DNA from: a virus
IMG/VR virus record: IMGVR_UViG_3300027836_000009
Location: 28,114-92,113 of that record
DNA length: 64,000 bases
Direction: 5' to 3' (one strand)
Shown piece by piece: positions 50,601-58,607 of the stretch. The position numbers and the translations under genes are program-made. A model generated the notes under the pieces. It searched no databases, was not told the DNA's origin, and saw only the letters and a list, made by a program, of their open reading frames with translations. Within the stretch, counting starts at the first letter, position 1; each line of letters begins with the position of its first letter.

Positions 50601-52258
50601 CATGTAGTTTTTCTAAAAATGCATCAGGTTTATACACAGGGTCACAATTAAATAACGTTAATTATCCAGAGGCTGTTGTTTATGCGGTTATGCCAGGCTC
50701 TGCTGTGCCAGGCGCAACAGCAGGCGTTAGTAGATACCAATACGGCGGGTATGCTGAACTTTACTTCCCTAAAGATTTATGGGAACAAAATTTTATACAG
50801 CCTACCAACCAAAATGATATGTATTTGTGTGGTGCATTTTTAAGAAAAGGCTCTGATTACCCGCCAACTCCAGATCCAAATATAATGAACTCTAATAATT
50901 TTTTTGTAGCCATAGAGAGTTCTCAAGATGCTTGGGAAGTTGAAAGATTACAAATGACATTTGAAGTATTACGCGGGTCTGCAAGCGCAACAACTCCAAT
51001 AAACACATCTACAGCAACTTCGCCTGGTTTAACTGGAGCAAATCGAGTTTCTGTAAGAAGAAACATTGATCATTTCTATGAATTATTTACGCCTAATACA
51101 AATTATGATAATGGGTGGAATACATTAAGTGAATCTACTCCTTTACAAAATCCAGCGACAGCAATTAGAATGAAACGAATAAATTCTGAATTTGCTCTTG
51201 TAGATTTTAACATTACGGTAAAAGCTAATAATCCTTGGATAGGGAATCAGAGTAATGCAGCTAAAAGTTTAGTTGATTTAGGTACTCCTAGGTTTACACA
51301 GTATTTAAGATTTACATATACACCGGATGAAGCATTTTGGTCTGAATCTGAATATGATTTAGGTATTGCGCAAAATCTTTACGGTAACGGAATGTGGCTA
51401 AGCAATTGGAGTTCATATAAAAACTGGTACCCAGGTACAGCAATTGTTGGTGACGATGTAAATAATACACAATATACTGCATCACAAGCTTCAATAGGAA
51501 ATAGGGCAAGATATCAGCCTGGCACCGGAATAGGCCCAGGATCTAATTTATTAAATGTTACTAGTGACTGGAGCCCTAGTTTTTATGACAATGGACTTAC
51601 TCAATATGTAAATCCACAAAACAATCAACCTTTTGTTAGAAGTTGGAATGGAAACATATTAGAAACTTTAGCGTTTCATGCACGATATCGTTGGCAAGAA
51701 ATGGCTGTTTTAAGAGGATCTATAAATTTTGGAATATTAACAGATCCGTTATTAAACACAACCAACACATTCGGAATTGCTAATGATTCTCCTGGTGATT
51801 CTGTATTTTCAGCATTTGGGCAAAGCGATAATTCATTAAGAAATGCTAGACTGTTATTTAATTACGCTGAAATATCTAACCTTAATATTGGTACATATGC
51901 ACAAAGGGAAGAGCTACAGCAAAAACAAACCGCATTTGTTGGTTATCTTGGTGCAATGTATGCACTATGGGGGAATCAAGCATTTGAACGAAATACTAAT
52001 GTACAGTGGAGAATATCCCCTACGCAAAATTTTGCTACGGATGCAGATATACAGCAACAGCCATACACTGAAAACACAGGGTTTAATTTAGAAGTACAGT
52101 TCTCTAAACCTATATTACATACGGATACTCCATTAGGTGCTTCATACTATGGGTTGCCATCAGGTACTTACCCACAGCAAATGATTGTTCAGCCTTATAG
52201 ATATTTAACAGTAAGTGGACAAGCTATCGTACGATATGCAAGAACTAAGAACCAATAG
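44699..52258 (+). CDS. Giant tail fibre/receptor-binding protein with an N-terminal collagen-like stretch
   Basis: 2519 aa; (GXY)10 at about 44795-44887; NIGIGT...PSAKMHV and VGIHNLYPRARFHMYG repeats typical of Bacteroidota fibre proteins. Confidence 0.7.
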   Translation: MLTLKQLLESDSLATIVAKLNQNLQVISNSNGGPQGIRGPQGIPGLPGKIGPLGPTGAVGPTGTILGIVPFAETLYDSSIAGPLFDNFPPYGKIGPWPISSLTWLEAYHTPAAAGEIYLDHRNNGYWKYLTAPDVDGAAYPGNTTGNPYQYAANLSFVYPHLGDGSNPPTPDPGFYAGPGWYFYPVQDSASLGIGQVWVEDYSTYTIKNLGSTGPYAQGPTGTMGAGNLKIPNARLVTKYGTVWITSGNDASASANDGTLKTSLIGKWGEGPGLDNSQPGRYSSGVDRLFFKMSIDGLSFYNNVAARGYTGPATMLSGLTEPNLLESNEFPINKDLVQYSSASDQFWVKPQYEVSIDQYTPLLFLSHRNDEDDQTKGTYGTLGIYMFTDVADDGQTEGLYPQPTEPYGHGDLNYNNVSKTLHLFTSRYAPDPLITWDPVNAPLSSNQTVNYGEMILDFRRVIASNQYVCSLPTDMKLSSDHRTGANGNYVESLGSSSLRYRTYQGFVSAINGKSLTGNGLTPYQWEYGLGDGVPYGATAGNHDTTSGTDGMLTRRTWYGTSVLSESQFNTIAPGTNDYIRNAGMLERGRRFTTTTASGGGSGATGSYFLSELVFYTSQFKVNGATASSPINDTDKDPQNNEHNSLPSLYVSPFRNIGIGTFVGATGGSDLGPLEPSAKMHVHVKENLRDSDPTFTYFANTAGTNAFATLPTKVFAAAAFSGQVVNSNRQALTDILLGNIVTTTDEKVIPTGNVVNQVTVDKFRNAVRTESWRNSTVSSMHLGAQPYAMNVTIGRNGVEAYRKEFQITLAPLNISANTATGFAANTGVGIHNLYPRARFHMYGKNTYNETEFGQELWTPGYTIAGSTSPGLGINYPFYGTAATNTNSANQVAIDYLGSTYNYPVGIYEYQYYVFNVSSLANLGSPTLTSQYSANAAVYPNRDSITPTRNAVPYGGVFNANFAFPFTSPSTVLNNSYKHGGTGNAFWDPQSYIGFNLYRDLSSANGGASTGQNTTGDNQDNTRWILGTQGATAVGHGNNGGAAIISSSHGELGIITIPRGRDGGRAYEQWEQRGLGTRDVLSHMKIVFDKNGNIAVGNAAGWDLDAYPSLDLNINTGYINYLPLSNADAVGPVSALNATSSRNRYGNVLYAGYNETSSISTAALINKKATNSEYVRLEVAAEKAWSRDGRLIQKKGFGYPPNSTITITGAALSNYIRTDFNFLPYTPTILNWVLVTDNEGRITTSRITYNVSPTPLNIWLSSPVTSSNYIAVVYPHPTEFNATGPLANLISISYIAPAGAIAAEWAGLNDMPSDFGPTIYTGNNAGGGNLFTQIYIDPVLTIDLRGSANVRLNNFVYGEGFGFSGGNNMNTFDDLTKVYVQMQRQNSPKLILSFLEKTPNAARPQTGVSPYKKVNTVIQSAQNEVSLREYWIPKTDNTGGTFMVFTDHFGKKEKDNLFQDTPIYSGTVTTGGTARRAGLHLEEVVTQEFLGGYTGIDATVITSPLIGNSDFLNNIDGRPINMSPGYVRYYNRSFNTPNVPSVFTGTQYGQIIANNPPAPPEISTGSNTFTTTGATVQTSPKNTFAWHATAVQNSGPWEFEIAGGGSTTAFGMQGVVQQCDTDSDNCNYGRDNRPLFTWFNLPEFTPCTARTVDVVEVNGGGPSGSQGANWYNSSTKQIRLPAGNYEFEVASSYLCSGTPYPTGLSSGQYSRGNNGKTVELFMTYGTPFTEFEYIASSVQHGCGTVANGPNEQRLTWPGPFPNPETGGTVTKTFSQLFTSAQDIDLLYRFGGNVIHGCSCCTGNTQSTNSVESYWNIKIRSLDAACSTEPTPGIMYLNPSNSQPSGALDTRFSTPDAEAFICPSHSAINVADTNPTNIGTLSGSAASVTQANNPAVSDNYFVRISQTPIVGDYEGVKIGINFLAKTPNGKPYYDSQNRDLVLRFMNAWTGGVNGTEDNPACTGSGVTDYSPCSFSKNASGLYTGSQLNNVNYPEAVVYAVMPGSAVPGATAGVSRYQYGGYAELYFPKDLWEQNFIQPTNQNDMYLCGAFLRKGSDYPPTPDPNIMNSNNFFVAIESSQDAWEVERLQMTFEVLRGSASATTPINTSTATSPGLTGANRVSVRRNIDHFYELFTPNTNYDNGWNTLSESTPLQNPATAIRMKRINSEFALVDFNITVKANNPWIGNQSNAAKSLVDLGTPRFTQYLRFTYTPDEAFWSESEYDLGIAQNLYGNGMWLSNWSSYKNWYPGTAIVGDDVNNTQYTASQASIGNRARYQPGTGIGPGSNLLNVTSDWSPSFYDNGLTQYVNPQNNQPFVRSWNGNILETLAFHARYRWQEMAVLRGSINFGILTDPLLNTTNTFGIANDSPGDSVFSAFGQSDNSLRNARLLFNYAEISNLNIGTYAQREELQQKQTAFVGYLGAMYALWGNQAFERNTNVQWRISPTQNFATDADIQQQPYTENTGFNLEVQFSKPILHTDTPLGASYYGLPSGTYPQQMIVQPYRYLTVSGQAIVRYARTKNQ

Positions 52259-52276
52259 ATAAACATAAGTAATATA

Positions 52277-53059
52277 ATGAAAACAAAATTACAAAACATT
52301 GACTTCCGGCTAATTCTTTTAGCCGGAATTGTCCTTTTAGGTTTTTTCCTATTTAGACAATGTGAAGAAACTAAATCTTTAAAATCAGATTTAGCAAACT
52401 CAAAGAATAATCAAGCTGCTCTCGTAGATTCAGTTCGTGTTTCAAAAAATCGAGCTGGTGAATTACAGTATCAAATAAGATCGTTTATCTCCAGCGCTGA
52501 AGAATTAAAAACACTAAATGCTGATCTTGCAGCTGAAGTACAAAAACAAAAAGGACAAGTTGCTCAGCTAACAAAAATTATTGGCCGATTAACTACTGTA
52601 CATGTAGATCCTATTCCAGGAATAACTATAGCAAGCGGACAGCCTTGTGATTCATTAGGAGGCTCTTTTGTTACAAAATGGGAATCTTATAAACAATATG
52701 ATAGTGTAAACTCTAGAAGACTTAAAGGCGAAACGACAGTAAAACTTAAAGATAAAAAAGTACTAAATTCGGAAACGAATATATTAATTGATGATATTAG
52801 TTTTGATCTTGTAACTGGGCTTACTCAAGTTAATGATCATTTTGAAATATTTGTTAAAAGCAATTACCCAGGGTTTAAACCTACAAGTATAAAAGGCACT
52901 TTCATACCTACTGATAAACTTTGTCCTAAAGATCCTCCAAAGAAATGGAGTTTTGGTGCAGGTCCTCAAGTAGGCGTTGGAGTATCAGGTCCAGGTCTTT
53001 CACTTGGATATTACTTTGGAGTCGGACTCAGCATTCAATATACACTGTTTAAATTTTAA
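52277..53059 (+). CDS. Putative lysis accessory (spanin-like) membrane protein
   Basis: N-terminal TM segment (LILLAGIVLLGFFLF), coiled coil, and a C-terminal amphipathic beta-hairpin ending in F. Confidence 0.55.
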   Translation: MKTKLQNIDFRLILLAGIVLLGFFLFRQCEETKSLKSDLANSKNNQAALVDSVRVSKNRAGELQYQIRSFISSAEELKTLNADLAAEVQKQKGQVAQLTKIIGRLTTVHVDPIPGITIASGQPCDSLGGSFVTKWESYKQYDSVNSRRLKGETTVKLKDKKVLNSETNILIDDISFDLVTGLTQVNDHFEIFVKSNYPGFKPTSIKGTFIPTDKLCPKDPPKKWSFGAGPQVGVGVSGPGLSLGYYFGVGLSIQYTLFKF

Positions 53060-55449
53060 TGGCTACATCAACTTACATACAGATATCCGAATACCTTCTT
53101 TTAGAATACATTTATTCTAATGAGACTATCCAAACGACTAAAGCAAAGCCTTATCGTTTATACAACAAGTACAGTAATGAATATCAATTCTTAAACAGTA
53201 CTCAAGCAATAAATCTTACAGGAAACGTTTTAGACTATAGTGCTGTGCGAATGGGTAGGGAATCTACCCAATGGGGATATCTTGATATGGATACACCATC
53301 TCCACTTGTTCAGATTGATTCTAATTTAAAGCTTGAAGATGTATCAGCTTTAATGGGTGCTACTATAAAATATGATAGAGTTAAGTTACATTTGCTTTCA
53401 GGATATGACCTTCCAGGTATTGACGGATTTATCATGGAAATTGGTTGGAGAGAATGGGATATTAACGGTGACACGGGAAGAAAATTTACTCCAGCTGCTC
53501 AAGTTTATGTTAAAGGGGAAGAAAGAATTGACTTTAGCCCAATTCCTCTTTTTTTAGGTGACCGTTTTTATGACAGATACATTGAGTTTGCTCTGCCTTC
53601 ACTTGCTGATGCAAATTTTGATTTTTGGAATTCTCCAACTGCACCAACAACATTAGGTTATAACTATACTTTTAATAATGTAGGTTTTTCAAAGACATCG
53701 CAGATTTATGCAACTCTTTGGGAAATAAATTCAACATCTGAAAGCCGTGGTAACCGATTCTTTATTACTGGAGCTTCTTACTCAGCTTCTTTTAATCAAG
53801 CTGACCTTTACTCTTACGTAAATGCTGTAGTTCAAGAAAATGCTGAATATGATTACATTGAGTATTACCCAACTTGGAACGGACAGTTCTTAGAAGATTA
53901 CATTAATCTATTAAATGATAGCGGTGGAGATTGGGTTGTTATTAATCAACTTGACTTGTATGAACAACTTGGAATGAACTTTATTAAATCATTTAGTATG
54001 TCTTCGTTACAAGATACAGCTTTTAATGCGCCTGCTGCTTACAGACCTATTATCCGTAATGCTGCATTAGCAATATCATATACAATTGAGTATACGATGC
54101 GATTAATGAATAAAACAAATGGACAGGAAATTATTCGTAAAGCAACTTGGACTTCAACAGATCCTAAAAAATACGGCCCTAGCCTACAAAGAATAAATGT
54201 TCTTGAAGGATTCCGACCTGTTAAAGTTTATAATAAGATTGTAAATCAAACATCTGATACGATTAACACAAGTGTACAGTATTTAGGATCTCCTAATTTC
54301 TTAACACAAAATGTTTATGTAAATACTTATTATGATGTTAATTACATTAGTGTTGATAGCTCAACCGATTTAAGCGTTACATTAGGAAATGTTGTTTACC
54401 CACAAGGAACTAACTACATATTCATAAACAAATTTGATAATTACGTTAAGTTTAAAGTATTTACAAAGTCTGCTGATAAATTACAAAACGTAACAATGGA
54501 CTTTGCTTCAACTGGTATGAATGTTAAATTAACTTTTATACTTGATGATAGTACAAAAATTTATATTGACCTAACGAGTGATTTAAATGCAGCTAATCCA
54601 GGTGCTCGTGAATTGTTATTCTTTCTTGATGATACATTAACAACAAAACTGTTAGGAAACGCTGAGAAGGAATATTATTTAGTTAATAAAAATCCTGATG
54701 GAACTGAAACTTTAATTTACAGAGGACAATATGCTGACTTAAAAAATAGGTCTCAAATATTATCTGAACTTTCCGCGACATTATTTAATCAAATCGGTAA
54801 TCAAGCAAATGGTGCAGGCAATGCTGCTGGCATTGGACCTGCGTCAACCGTTATCTTAGGTCTAGGTAATGTAAATAGCTTTGCTGATCCTAATAATGCC
54901 AATTTCGGTGGAGGGCTTGATCCTAATAATTTAGGTTTTGATCCTGCTGGAGGTGGTAGAAATAACGGAGCTGGTGGGAATGGAACTAACGGAGCTGGTG
55001 GATTTGGAACTAACGGCGTGGGAGGTAACGGAACTAATGGTGGAGCTGGAGGTAACGGAACTAACGGTGGAGCTGGAGGTAACAGTTCAGGCAATGCTGC
55101 TTTAAATAATTCACAATCAGCTCAAATTTCTCAATCGCAATCTTCTTTATCTCCGTCGTCTGCTGGTGCTCAAGGAGTTCAATCAGCAATTGCTAATGCT
55201 GCAGGAAACGCAAACAGTTCAGCTGCAGGAAACGCAGGTGGAGGTGGTGCTGGAGGAAACGGCAGTACATCAAACTTAAACATTGTTAGCATCCCAGGTG
55301 TAACACCAGGATTAGGAGCAAATATAAATAGTTCTTTAACGCCAAATGTTGTTAAGCCATCAAGTCCAAAAACTGTATTATCTTATGCTGCTATGGCGCT
55401 TGCTGCTTTTCAAATGTTAAGAGACTTAAAGAAAAAAGCAGGATTGTAA
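53059..55449 (+). CDS. Virion structural protein with a Gly/Asn/Ala/Ser-rich C-terminal tail
   Basis: 796 aa; globular first ~570 aa followed by low-complexity repeats. Confidence 0.6.
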   Translation: MATSTYIQISEYLLLEYIYSNETIQTTKAKPYRLYNKYSNEYQFLNSTQAINLTGNVLDYSAVRMGRESTQWGYLDMDTPSPLVQIDSNLKLEDVSALMGATIKYDRVKLHLLSGYDLPGIDGFIMEIGWREWDINGDTGRKFTPAAQVYVKGEERIDFSPIPLFLGDRFYDRYIEFALPSLADANFDFWNSPTAPTTLGYNYTFNNVGFSKTSQIYATLWEINSTSESRGNRFFITGASYSASFNQADLYSYVNAVVQENAEYDYIEYYPTWNGQFLEDYINLLNDSGGDWVVINQLDLYEQLGMNFIKSFSMSSLQDTAFNAPAAYRPIIRNAALAISYTIEYTMRLMNKTNGQEIIRKATWTSTDPKKYGPSLQRINVLEGFRPVKVYNKIVNQTSDTINTSVQYLGSPNFLTQNVYVNTYYDVNYISVDSSTDLSVTLGNVVYPQGTNYIFINKFDNYVKFKVFTKSADKLQNVTMDFASTGMNVKLTFILDDSTKIYIDLTSDLNAANPGARELLFFLDDTLTTKLLGNAEKEYYLVNKNPDGTETLIYRGQYADLKNRSQILSELSATLFNQIGNQANGAGNAAGIGPASTVILGLGNVNSFADPNNANFGGGLDPNNLGFDPAGGGRNNGAGGNGTNGAGGFGTNGVGGNGTNGGAGGNGTNGGAGGNSSGNAALNNSQSAQISQSQSSLSPSSAGAQGVQSAIANAAGNANSSAAGNAGGGGAGGNGSTSNLNIVSIPGVTPGLGANINSSLTPNVVKPSSPKTVLSYAAMALAAFQMLRDLKKKAGL
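54964..55083 (+). repeat. In-frame 24-27 nt tandem repeats encoding NG(G)AGGNGT units
   Basis: About five imperfect copies of aacgg(tgg)agctggaggtaacggaact. Confidence 0.8.
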
Positions 55450-55450
55450 T

Positions 55451-55996
55451 ATGATTTTAAATGCTCGAAATAACAACTTTATTGTAAGATTCAATAAAGG
55501 ATTCTTTTACCCGACAATCGTTAAAAAATATGAAACTTATTTAAAACGATTACCGATGCCGTATGAGAACTTACATGATTATATGACTGCTTCAATTCAG
55601 GCTATGACATTTCCGCCATTAACAGCTGAACCTGTAGAACAAATTCTTAATACAGATAACTATTCATCTAAAGGCGGTTTACGTTTAGAGAGATATCTTG
55701 ATCGTAATATTACATTAACCTTTAAACTTTATGAAGGTTATATAAACTACTGGGTAATGTTTGATATGTTTAGAGCTTTTTATGATCTTGACAATAAAGA
55801 AACTTTTTTACCTGACATTACTTTAAGTTTCCTAGACCAAACAGGATTTGAATTTATTGCCGTTAATCTTAATCAGATAATAATGACAAACATATCGGAA
55901 CTGGAACTTAACTATTCATCAAACACAGCGGAGTTCAAAACATTTAATATGAATTTCAGATACAATTTTATAGACATTAAAAAACGATTAGATTAA
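55451..55996 (+). CDS. gp3: Tail tube terminator (T4 gp3-like)
   Basis: 181 aa; ITLTFKLYEGYINY, ITLSFLD and ISELELNY...TFNMNFRY tube-fold pattern. Confidence 0.6.
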   Translation: MILNARNNNFIVRFNKGFFYPTIVKKYETYLKRLPMPYENLHDYMTASIQAMTFPPLTAEPVEQILNTDNYSSKGGLRLERYLDRNITLTFKLYEGYINYWVMFDMFRAFYDLDNKETFLPDITLSFLDQTGFEFIAVNLNQIIMTNISELELNYSSNTAEFKTFNMNFRYNFIDIKKRLD

Positions 55997-56331
55997 TGAA
56001 AACATTTAAAGAATTTAAGTACACAGGTAGTGATGGACCAATTTTTGAATCACATGAAATTTCGCACTTAAACGAAGCAGAAATCCTAGAAGCAGAACGT
56101 GTTTATAAAGATCTGTCCGAATACATTGCTGAACATGGTATTGAAAACATCGACGAAGGAATCTTTGGTAAGATCTTAGGTGGTATTGCAGGTTTTGTAG
56201 TAGGACCAGCAATCGGTAGAATTATTGCTCGTGCTTTAGGAGTTGAGAAAGGAATACTATATGACATGTTTACATCACGATTAGTTTCAGCTGCGTTAGG
56301 TGCTGCTATCGGCAATAACGTAACTAAATGA
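55996..56331 (+). CDS. Capsid-targeted internal protein with a glycine-zipper/amphipathic C-terminal half
   Basis: MKTFKEF N-terminus; acidic pro-region with IFE/LNE/ILE/IDE; then GIFGKILGGIAGFVVG...AALGAAIG. Confidence 0.65.
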   Translation: MKTFKEFKYTGSDGPIFESHEISHLNEAEILEAERVYKDLSEYIAEHGIENIDEGIFGKILGGIAGFVVGPAIGRIIARALGVEKGILYDMFTSRLVSAALGAAIGNNVTK

Positions 56332-57005
56332 TCATAGGAATTGATTATTCTATAAAGAGCCCTGCCCTAACAATACTGAATGCAAATAATGAAATCATTT
56401 TTGTTACGTTAGCTCGTAATTCAGTTATTAAAAAAGGGATCGTCACTGCTTTAGAAGCGGCTGACGTTAAAGTGGTTTTAATTAATGATGAACCTGCACA
56501 CCCGAAAAAAACTGTTCTTGAAAAAAGAGAACGATCTTCACTTGAGGACGCAATAATGCAAACTGCAACTATTAGCAGTCTTATCAAGGAATACGAAGAA
56601 AAAGATTTAACAGGCCTGAGTGAACATGAATTACATATAGGAATTGAAGGTTTCTCTTTTGGCTCAACTGGTAATCGTTTAGCTCAAATAAGTGGGTATC
56701 AGTATATGCTTAGGTACATGCTCTATTCAAAACATGATTTGAATCCTGCGAACTTTTGGGTATATGCACCAATGACAATTAAAGCTATAGCAGGAAAAGG
56801 TAACTTCAAGAAAGAACAAATGATTGAAGCTTTTATCAATTGCGAAGACCCACGTTTACGAGCAACAGGATTATGGAAAGCTATTTCTGAAAACCCTGCT
56901 CAATTCCAAACCAAACGTGGATTGTGGGAAAAACCACTCGATGATATTATTGACTCTTTCTGGGTCTTAATAACACTGGAATCCAAAACTATTAAAACTA
57001 TTTAA
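56328..57005 (+). CDS. RuvC-like Holliday junction resolvase
   Basis: IIGIDYS, IGIEGFSF, PMTIKAIAGKGN-K and DDIIDSF RNase H-fold acidic motifs. Confidence 0.75.
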   Translation: MIIGIDYSIKSPALTILNANNEIIFVTLARNSVIKKGIVTALEAADVKVVLINDEPAHPKKTVLEKRERSSLEDAIMQTATISSLIKEYEEKDLTGLSEHELHIGIEGFSFGSTGNRLAQISGYQYMLRYMLYSKHDLNPANFWVYAPMTIKAIAGKGNFKKEQMIEAFINCEDPRLRATGLWKAISENPAQFQTKRGLWEKPLDDIIDSFWVLITLESKTIKTI

Positions 57006-57083
57006 AGGACTCTGTATATAATTATTAAATACCAATAACAATTATATTTAAAGTCCTTCTAAAGGCATCTATTTACACAAGAT

Positions 57084-57455
57084 ATGAGTAATATAAAATT
57101 TACAGAAGAAGAAAGAAAAACAGTTTGGGATATCGTAACGGAATACACAAATCTCAATTCATCAGCTGCTACACTTAAAACAGAAATATTAAGTAATAAA
57201 GAAACTGTTGCTGAACTTATTGATAAATTACAAAATGGCAAAATAGCTGAATCTGAAGATGCTTTAGTGTTAAATGAAAGACTAGGTAGCATAATGCAAA
57301 ATCATCAAGATCATTCTCAATCATTAAACAATATCATTGAAGAAATTACAGTCGTAAAGTCAAAAGAAGAATCTTTTTACAAACAACTTGCATCAAAATA
57401 TGATGTTGAAGTAAATACGATTATATCAGAAGTAACGAATTTTATTTTATCATAA
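57084..57455 (+). CDS. Hypothetical coiled-coil protein
   Basis: 123-aa helical ORF. Confidence 0.65.
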   Translation: MSNIKFTEEERKTVWDIVTEYTNLNSSAATLKTEILSNKETVAELIDKLQNGKIAESEDALVLNERLGSIMQNHQDHSQSLNNIIEEITVVKSKEESFYKQLASKYDVEVNTIISEVTNFILS

Positions 57456-57489
57456 TTTAAAAAATGTTAAAACTTTTTTAGTCTTCGTG

Positions 57490-57665
57490 AATATATAATC
57501 TACAAACAACTCAAGGATACACTAACCGTAAATATAGCAGATTGACTTATCGAGTACAAGTCAAAATGTAAAAGAAAGCTGACAGTATACTTAAAGCATT
57601 TAAGATCTAACAGTTAAAGTACTCACAGATAAATTTTTATAAACTTAAAACAACTAAAAGAAAAC
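57490..57665 (+). promoter_or_regulatory. Promoter box plus long structured 5' leader of the SSB gene (candidate autoregulatory pseudoknot)
   Basis: aatatata at 57490; stem ttgactt/aagtcaa whose loop gagtac is complementary to gtactc at 57619-57624; A/T-rich stretch up to the ATG. Confidence 0.55.
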
Positions 57666-58607
57666 ATGGAAAATCTAAATGACATTTTTAACTTATCACT
57701 TGACGATTTTAAAGAAACAGAAAAGCCTTCAGGAGGCGGTAGAGCAATCTTCAAACCTGAAGCAAAATCTGGTAAAGACGGAGTTTACAAAGCAGTAGTT
57801 CGTTTCTTGCCTTGGCACCAGGATGTTAAAAAATCCGTAATGAAAAAATGGTCTTGCTGGTTAACCAATACAGCAACGAATGAGTCTAAAATGGTAGACT
57901 GTCCTTCAACAATTGGTAAAAAATCTGTATTACAAGATTTATTCTGGAAGTTTAAAAAATCTGACTCAGTAGCTGAGCAAAAACTTGCAGATAATTTCTC
58001 TCGCCGTCAACGTTTTGCATCCCTAGTACAAATTGTAAAAGATGATAACAATTCTGAAAACGTTGGTAAGATTATGGTATGGCCTTACGGGGTTAAAGTC
58101 TATAACAAACTTCAGGCTGAAATGAAACCTGAGTTCGGTAAACCTCACATTCCTTTTGACCTTTTTGAAGGTAAACCTTTCTTAGTTCACGTAACACTAG
58201 TTGCTGGCTTTAACAATTATGATAACTGTCGTTTCTTGGATGAGAAATTGCCTATCACAATTGACGGACAACAAATGGAAAAGAATCAAGATGACTTGAC
58301 TAAAATCAAAGCATTCTTAGAAACTTCCCCTGATTTGAACACATATGATTACCAAGATTGGGATCAGACAACTGAAGACTTCGTACAAGGAGTTATCAGA
58401 TCAACTGTACCAGGCGGTCACATCTCATCTTCTGTTGAGACACAAAATCGTTCTGCTGTTCCGCAAGCTCCTAAAACAGTTATTGCTGAATCTGCACCTG
58501 CTGCATCTTCTCAATCAGTACCTCCTGTCGCATCGGCTACATCAAACTTTGATGAGCTAACACTTGATGATTCAAGTTTTGATGATGACTTATATGGAAG
58601 CTTATAA
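57666..58607 (+). CDS. gp32: Single-stranded DNA-binding protein (T4 gp32-like)
   Basis: AVVRFLP, IVKDDNNSENVGKI, PFDLFEG-x-F, GFNNYD and an acidic C-terminal tail (DDSSFDDDLYGSL). Confidence 0.9.
   Translation: MENLNDIFNLSLDDFKETEKPSGGGRAIFKPEAKSGKDGVYKAVVRFLPWHQDVKKSVMKKWSCWLTNTATNESKMVDCPSTIGKKSVLQDLFWKFKKSDSVAEQKLADNFSRRQRFASLVQIVKDDNNSENVGKIMVWPYGVKVYNKLQAEMKPEFGKPHIPFDLFEGKPFLVHVTLVAGFNNYDNCRFLDEKLPITIDGQQMEKNQDDLTKIKAFLETSPDLNTYDYQDWDQTTEDFVQGVIRSTVPGGHISSSVETQNRSAVPQAPKTVIAESAPAASSQSVPPVASATSNFDELTLDDSSFDDDLYGSL

Noticed and set aside
44699-52258. Diversity-generating retroelement target in the tail fibre
   Set aside because: No reverse transcriptase and no template/variable repeat pair is visible in this window.
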